IMG/VR virus record: IMGVR_UViG_3300009149_000012
Coordinates: 64,001 to 128,000 of that record
Source of the DNA: a virus
DNA length: 64,000 bases
Direction: 5' to 3' (one strand)
Under the pieces are notes generated by a model. It did not search any database and had not been told where the DNA came from. It saw only the letters and a list, made by a program, of their open reading frames with translations. Of the stretch, positions 59,366-64,000 are shown piece by piece (position 1 is the stretch's first letter; the number at the start of each line of letters is the position of its first letter). Position numbers and translations under genes: made by a program.

Positions 59366-60025
59366 TCACCTTAGCCATTTCCGAATGGCGTTATCGCTCA
59401 CACCATACTTCCGACCCACCCCAGTGAATCCCAGTTTTTTGATTTCCTCTTGAAGCACGGATAGGGTTGGCCGCTTGACTCTCCGGTATGGGAACTGGGC
59501 ACACCTCCCGCACTGACCCCCCTGTTGCCCTACAAGAGCACCACACTTGCAAGAATGTATTTTTCTCGCATTTCTTCCTGCATGTGTCGGTAGCTGGCTG
59601 GCACAATTGGGGCAAACAAGACGTAGATTCTCTATACGATGATCGTCGGCCACACCGTTTTTATGATCCAGCACCATAACCAAGGACTGCCCACGCCAAA
59701 CGGGGGGCAGCCCGCAGACAGAGCACTCATTTTCCAGCACTTTTTCTTGTAGCAATCGCCGCTTTAAGTGACCACGACCAAAGGACGAGTTTTCAACTAG
59801 AACAGAATCAAGGGGTTTCTTAGGCCGAATCCCATGAGGATGCACTCCGAAATGAGAAACATCGACACCCTCCTCAGCCAAACGACGGTGAAGGGTTCGA
59901 CAGTTTCCCCCTTTGTTAACCAAACCGAAATGTGCCAAAACCTCGGTATAAGTGTGGCTTGAAGCTACCAAAGACCTGAATTCATCCGAGGTCAGGCCCC
60001 AAATAGGGCTGGTCCGTTTACGCAT
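59366..60025 (-). CDS. HNH homing endonuclease in the tRNA cluster
   Basis: CSVC..LDHKNG..DHRIENLRLVCPNC; C-terminal HTH GVSDNAIRKW; more AT-rich than flanks. Confidence 0.88.
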   Translation of the reverse strand: MRKRTSPIWGLTSDEFRSLVASSHTYTEVLAHFGLVNKGGNCRTLHRRLAEEGVDVSHFGVHPHGIRPKKPLDSVLVENSSFGRGHLKRRLLQEKVLENECSVCGLPPVWRGQSLVMVLDHKNGVADDHRIENLRLVCPNCASQLPTHAGRNARKIHSCKCGALVGQQGGQCGRCAQFPYRRVKRPTLSVLQEEIKKLGFTGVGRKYGVSDNAIRKWLR

Positions 60026-60068
60026 GGGGTAGAGCTTACTCCACACCGCAAACAAAGTCTACCCCTAG

Positions 60069-60139
60069 CACCGAGAGCTAGATTCGAACTAGCACAAAGG
60101 GCTTCAAAGGCCCTCGTCCTACCATTAGACGATCCCGGC
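60069..60139 (-). tRNA. tRNA-Gln(TTG)
   Basis: AGGGC-CT TTG AA-GCCCT; GTTCGAAT. Confidence 0.85.
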
Positions 60140-60141
60140 AT

Positions 60142-60182
60142 TGGTCGCAAAGTCCGGTGTCTTGCCGTTAGACGACCCTGGC
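60142..60182 (-). pseudogene. Truncated tRNA-Gln(TTG): 5' half fused to CGACCA
   Basis: GCCAGGGTCGTCTAACGGCAAGACACCGGACTTTG then CGACCA. Confidence 0.6.
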
Positions 60183-60187
60183 AATAG

Positions 60188-60256
60188 TCGCGACGAAGGG
60201 ACACGATCCCTTGCGGTGCCGGGTATGGACCGGCCCTCCAACCTCTGGACGTCGCG
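60188..60256 (-). tRNA. Atypical tRNA with CAT anticodon (Met/Ile2?)
   Basis: CGCGACG/CGTCGCG acceptor; GCCGG-TC CAT AC-CCGGC; T-loop ATCGTGT. Confidence 0.6.
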
Positions 60257-60258
60257 TT

Positions 60259-60334
60259 TGGAGTCTCCGGTGGGAGTCGAACCCACAATCATCTGGTTCG
60301 AAGCCAGAAGCTCTGTCCATTGAGCCACGGAGAC
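60259..60334 (-). tRNA. tRNA-Arg(TCG)
   Basis: TCTGG-CT TCG AA-CCAGA; CCA. Confidence 0.9.
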
Positions 60335-60338
60335 GTAG

Positions 60339-60410
60339 CCCCCACGGAAGGATTCGAACCTTCATTGCAGGATTCGTAGTCCTGGATCCTATCCATTGGA
60401 TGACGTGGGG
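60339..60410 (-). tRNA. tRNA-Arg(ACG)
   Basis: CAGGA-CT ACG AA-TCCTG. Confidence 0.88.
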
Positions 60411-60414
60411 TTGT

Positions 60415-60490
60415 TGGAACCTACACCGGGACTCGAACCCGGATTTCAGCCGTCGGAAGGCTACGTGATGATCCATTTCACTATGTAGGC
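60415..60490 (-). tRNA. tRNA-Arg(CCG)
   Basis: TAGCC-TT CCG AC-GGCTG; CCA. Confidence 0.85.
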
Positions 60491-60496
60491 ATTCAG

Positions 60497-60567
60497 CGCC
60501 CCCGGCAGGACTCGAACCCGCACCGAACCAGATAGAAGCTGGCTTGCCGTCCATCGGCGTCAGGGGC
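60497..60567 (-). tRNA. tRNA-Arg(TCT)
   Basis: GCCAG-CT TCT AT-CTGGT. Confidence 0.82.
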
Positions 60568-60825
60568 TTATTTCAGCAGGTCGGTAGCCTTGATGGGCTT
60601 ACCCTTCTCGGTCTCGACCAACTCGAACTCGACCACTTCCCAAGATGCAGGGATCTTGGCGGGCCGGACAACCGAACCTCGGTACCCTCTAAGGTGAAGC
60701 TTGAAGTGGGTTTTCACACCGCACAACCGATCCCAGGACTTGCCAATTTCGGTGAAGTGGGGGTTGTAGCCACCGGATGAGAAGAGCCCGGTTTTCGTGT
60801 CCCGAACCTTGAAGATGGTCTTCAT
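60568..60825 (-). CDS. Small hypothetical protein
   Basis: FKVRD..TGLFSSGG...GKSW motif; lies between tRNAs. Confidence 0.55.
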   Translation of the reverse strand: MKTIFKVRDTKTGLFSSGGYNPHFTEIGKSWDRLCGVKTHFKLHLRGYRGSVVRPAKIPASWEVVEFELVETEKGKPIKATDLLK

Positions 60826-60844
60826 GTAGGGGACTACACTGAAT

Positions 60845-60920
60845 TGGAAGCACGGGTGGGAATCGAACCCACGAATACCTGTTTTGCAAACAGGGCCCTT
60901 TGCCATTTGGGTACCGTGCC
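60845..60920 (-). tRNA. tRNA-Cys(GCA)
   Basis: CCTGT-TT GCA AA-ACAGG; U73; CCA. Confidence 0.9.
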
Positions 60921-60942
60921 AAGTTTTCATCTATGAAACGGG

Positions 60943-61773
60943 ATGGGCATGTCGTTCCCATCCAATCTTCAAGAACGTGAGCAATACATCCTGGACCAAG
61001 TCCAGGCTGGAAAGTACGAGATCGACTGGGTCCCGATCAAGTCGATGAATGACGATGACGAAGTCACCTTGTGGGTGAGCGCCGACGCCTTGAAGGTCGA
61101 AGGCACCCGGGTCAACGTCATGGCCGAGACGCAGCAAAAGATCGCTGACGTGTTGGGGGCCAAGCTTCTCACTGCCAAGATCGCCGACCTGATCTGGTTG
61201 CAAGCAGACCTGATCTTGCCGCCCTTCCCTCGTGCCATCACGTCCTCAACGGAAGCGATGATCGAGCACAGCGGCAAGATCGACAACGCCATCGAGGCGC
61301 TTGGCGGGGCCGCTCCCGGCAACCTCATCTCGACCGTCGGCAAGCATTGGCTCATCGACAACAAGCTGGCCCAAAAGACCGTTGGTACCGCCATGAACTA
61401 TGGCTGGCATTTCTTCGGTCAGAGCTACCAGGGGATCAACGGGGAGGCGGTCGCCTCTCTGGAGAAGGATCCCAAGACCGGCATGTACTACCGGCTCATC
61501 CAAGGCCGGGGGACCGCTCACGACATGCACCATGTCGACTACAGCCAGACCGCCATGTTCGTCCTGCGTGCCTGTCACGTCAACGGAGAGGCTGCCTGGC
61601 TCGACGACGTCATGGTCGATGAGAAGTATGCCAAGCTCGTCAACGTCGAAGGCGTCATGACCGTTCTACGCCAGCCCGGGGTACCTGAACCCGAAAACCC
61701 GGTCTGCGTTCTGCCTGAACAGATCATCACCGTTCCGCCCCCGCCGACATCTCGACGTTTCCGCAACTCCTAG
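60943..61773 (+). CDS. Hypothetical protein, possible cell-wall hydrolase (only credible plus-strand gene)
   Basis: Strong codon bias; GKHW..NYGWH..IQ..HDMHHVDYSQ motif. Confidence 0.65.
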   Translation: MGMSFPSNLQEREQYILDQVQAGKYEIDWVPIKSMNDDDEVTLWVSADALKVEGTRVNVMAETQQKIADVLGAKLLTAKIADLIWLQADLILPPFPRAITSSTEAMIEHSGKIDNAIEALGGAAPGNLISTVGKHWLIDNKLAQKTVGTAMNYGWHFFGQSYQGINGEAVASLEKDPKTGMYYRLIQGRGTAHDMHHVDYSQTAMFVLRACHVNGEAAWLDDVMVDEKYAKLVNVEGVMTVLRQPGVPEPENPVCVLPEQIITVPPPPTSRRFRNS

Positions 61774-62233
61774 TCCAAAACCACGTCGAAACGGGTCCTC
61801 GCTTGAACACGAGGCGGAAGCCTTGTGTCTCGTTCAGGTGCACGATGGAAGGATCCGACTTGCTTCCCGAACCCGTCAGGATGCTGCGAAAGTCCTCTTG
61901 GAGTCTCGCTCGAAGGGCCCTGCCGTAGCCTTTGCCCCGGTGCTCGGGATGGACCGCCGTGGCGCTGATCGCAACCTCTGGATCGAGAGCCTTGATGACG
62001 GCAAAGTTCTCGTCCTTTCGCCACAAAAGCAATGGTCTATGGTTGACCCGGCTCGTGGCTACGATGCTGCCGTTATCAAAAACCCCGTAGGATGTGTATA
62101 TCTTGGCAGAGAAGGGTTGACGACTACAAACCCGGGTACCGAAAACGAAAGCCTCTAGAACTCGGGCTTCGTACTTGTCACTTGGCTCTTGAAGTTGGTG
62201 AACGCTATTCAGGGTATCTCTCAGCAAGTCCAC
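61727..62233 (-). CDS. GNAT-family acetyltransferase
   Basis: TAVHPEHRGKGYGRAL acetyl-CoA motif; LN..QGF. Confidence 0.75.
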   Translation of the reverse strand: MDLLRDTLNSVHQLQEPSDKYEARVLEAFVFGTRVCSRQPFSAKIYTSYGVFDNGSIVATSRVNHRPLLLWRKDENFAVIKALDPEVAISATAVHPEHRGKGYGRALRARLQEDFRSILTGSGSKSDPSIVHLNETQGFRLVFKRGPVSTWFWTRSCGNVEMSAGAER

Positions 62234-62537
62234 GCCTCACCATCTCCTCATTGACGTCGATGGTCTTTACACCGTCGTCAACGTAGAGGGTGCCAATCCA
62301 CCGACCATACTTACCAGTTTTCGTGGTTTTAACCGTGATCTGACCCTCTGCGAGAAGGTCTGTGATGACCGCCTTGGCAACGAGCCCGGCTTCACGTTCA
62401 GAGCCACGAATCTCCGGGGTGTCTATCCCTCGAAGCCGAAAGGATTGGACCGTCGTGATGTGGAAGCCCAGATCGACTTTGAGGTAGACGGTGTCGCCAT
62501 CGACGACGCGCACCAACTCGGCCTTGTATTCGTACAT
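62205..62537 (-). CDS. Thermonuclease (SNase) family nuclease
   Basis: RVVDGDT, RLRGIDTPE, KYGRWI. Confidence 0.9.
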   Translation of the reverse strand: MYEYKAELVRVVDGDTVYLKVDLGFHITTVQSFRLRGIDTPEIRGSEREAGLVAKAVITDLLAEGQITVKTTKTGKYGRWIGTLYVDDGVKTIDVNEEMVRRGLAERYPE

Positions 62538-62564
62538 GCCCTAAGCCTTGGCACAAGATGATTT

Positions 62565-62639
62565 TGGTGGACCAGATGGGTGTCGAACCCACAATAGACG
62601 GCTTGTAAAACCGCTGCCTTACCGTTTGGCTACCGGTCC
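62565..62639 (-). tRNA. tRNA-Val(TAC)
   Basis: GCGGT-TT TAC AA-GCCGT; CCA. Confidence 0.85.
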
Positions 62640-62706
62640 AAATTGATGGCCGGGCCCTATTACGGGCCTCTTCATAGCGGCTCCGCAAAGCAGAGCACGC
62701 AGCCTG

Positions 62707-62778
62707 AGCGGACGACGAGAATCGAACTCGCAACCGTCTGGATGGGAACCAGATGCGCTACCGTTGCGCCACATCCGC
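62707..62778 (-). tRNA. tRNA-Gly(CCC)
   Basis: GCGGATG acceptor; TCTGG-TT CCC AT-CCAGA; U73. Confidence 0.88.
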
Positions 62779-62844
62779 AATAGTTGGCGTACTCTTTCGA
62801 GCGTAGGGGCAGTGTGTAGCGACGCCAGTATCCCTACCTTTCGG

Positions 62845-62927
62845 AGCGGACGACCGGGATCGAACCGGCCTGTGCTTTCGCACGCCAGGGTGGAAACCTG
62901 GTGCCCCGCCATTGAGGCTTCGTCCGC
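62845..62927 (-). tRNA. tRNA-Gly(TCC) with long variable arm
   Basis: GCGGACG acceptor; CCAGG-TT TCC AC-CCTGG; V-arm GTGC-GAAA-GCAC; U73. Confidence 0.85.
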
Positions 62928-63090
62928 AACAGATGGGTTGTAGGGGATCTAATCCTACTTCCCACCAGGTCTTTGACTCATCTTCCCCTCGTGCTGGTGA
63001 TACATGAGCCTTCCCCTTCCATGGCACGAACCAGGTTGAGGCAAGTGCAGCCGTGCTTAATGGCACGCGACATGACGGCGACAGCCGCCC

Positions 63091-63164
63091 TGGTGGAGTT
63101 GGGGGGAATCGAACCCCCATCCGAGGCTTGCAAAGCCCCTGTACTCCCGTTGTACTACAACCCC
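63091..63164 (-). tRNA. tRNA-Ala(TGC)
   Basis: G3:U70 pair; GGGGC-TT TGC AA-GCCTC; CCA. Confidence 0.9.
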
Positions 63165-63166
63165 AA

Positions 63167-63430
63167 TCATGATTTTCTATACACCGCCCGAAGCACCCCC
63201 GCTTTCTCGCGAGGATGGTCGTCGATGATTTGGTCGGCTAGGCTCTCCATGAGCCGATTGACCGACGTCAGAGCCTTCTCAGCGGGCTCTTGCATCCCAA
63301 GCTTGGCATTGTAGTGGTCATCAACGATCACCAGAATGCTGAAAATCTCATCACGAACCGCCCGGAGTCGTACTCCAAGCGCCTCGTGCTGGATCATCTC
63401 AAGTTTTGGTTTCTTTACCGAGCCTGACAT
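63167..63430 (-). CDS. Hypothetical protein
   Basis: GGAG RBS before MSGSVKK. Confidence 0.45.
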   Translation of the reverse strand: MSGSVKKPKLEMIQHEALGVRLRAVRDEIFSILVIVDDHYNAKLGMQEPAEKALTSVNRLMESLADQIIDDHPREKAGVLRAVYRKS

Positions 63431-63992
63431 CGCTCCACTCCACCGGTTTGACATTGGCAAACCGCCTGTCCAAATCAACAGCGATTTCCGCAGCGTATCG
63501 CCGTGCTTGCTGGTACCTCTTGCGCTCCTCGTGCGTGTCGTCTGAAGGGGTCGCTCGGTTGCGGTACATGAGCGCCGCCATGTAGGCCGCTGCCACCCAG
63601 TCTGAACGAGCATCGTCGGGCACCAAGCACAGGTTCGAATGTTGGTCACTCAAGGGGTAGAAGAACCGGGGTTCCCCCTTGTCCTCGATAGGCCCAATCG
63701 GAAGAGCTTCGTTCTCGGCCTCGACCTTCTCGAAGACGTCCCGGATCTCTTTGGGGAACTTGCTCGTGTCCGTTCGGAAGTGCTTGCCAGGGTCAGGCTC
63801 CTGATTTGTTCGGATGATCGCCCCGTCAAGCCACTCGTACCCATTGCCAATGGTGAAGAAAAGCTGGCCGTCCGCATCCGCAATCGTCCGGAAGAGAGTC
63901 TTGTACTCACGGAACATGGTCTCAAGGGTCGCCTCATAGCTCGTGGGACCATCCTTGAGGTACATCTCGACCCAAGCCAAACCGGCCTGCAT
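63399..63992 (-). CDS. Hypothetical protein (may extend beyond the window)
   Basis: Long ORF with typical codon usage. Confidence 0.55.
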   Translation of the reverse strand: MQAGLAWVEMYLKDGPTSYEATLETMFREYKTLFRTIADADGQLFFTIGNGYEWLDGAIIRTNQEPDPGKHFRTDTSKFPKEIRDVFEKVEAENEALPIGPIEDKGEPRFFYPLSDQHSNLCLVPDDARSDWVAAAYMAALMYRNRATPSDDTHEERKRYQQARRYAAEIAVDLDRRFANVKPVEWSDVRLGKETKT

Positions 63993-64000
63993 GGATTCTT

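Noticed and set aside
62928-63090. Spacer between tRNA-Ala and tRNA-Gly with short hairpins and repeated CGTGCCAT
   Set aside because: Could not build a coherent fold or a credible ORF by eye
59087-63120. Small ORF calls overlapping tRNA genes (e.g. 59087-59317, 60168-60554, 62619-62912)
   Set aside because: Spurious translations of tRNA sequence

Overview
This window is a segment of a large (probably jumbo) tailed dsDNA phage genome with GC-rich codon usage. Nearly every gene is on the minus strand. Read in transcription direction (64 kb to 1), it has three blocks. (i) A tRNA/accessory region (about 51.5-64 kb) has about 20 tRNAs, several structurally abnormal, plus tRNA remnants, a tmRNA (tag ANDNGNLMLAAA), HNH nucleases, vWA, GNAT and thermonuclease genes, and candidate structured RNAs. 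(ii) A replication/recombination block (about 25-51.5 kb) encodes GroEL, a bacterial-type clamp loader and clamp (HolB, HolA, DnaX, DnaN), a class II RNR with intein, NAD ligase, RecD2, an SSB-like protein, RuvC, RecA, a split SbcC plus SbcD, and a primase core. It ends in a NusG-5'-3' exonuclease fusion and a tandem sigma-4 HTH protein. (iii) A head module (1-24.9 kb) encodes TerS, TerL with intein, portal, prohead protease with intein, scaffold, decoration proteins and MCP, followed by a free-standing LAGLIDADG endonuclease. The most notable candidates are the NusG-exonuclease/tandem sigma-4 pair, a DIP1984-like gene followed by a closed ~170-nt structured RNA, a recurrent [KR]-x-A motif in head proteins, a recurrent GGTGTA promoter-like hexamer and the non-canonical tRNAs. 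All calls come from reading motifs by eye; no database searches or folding programs were run.
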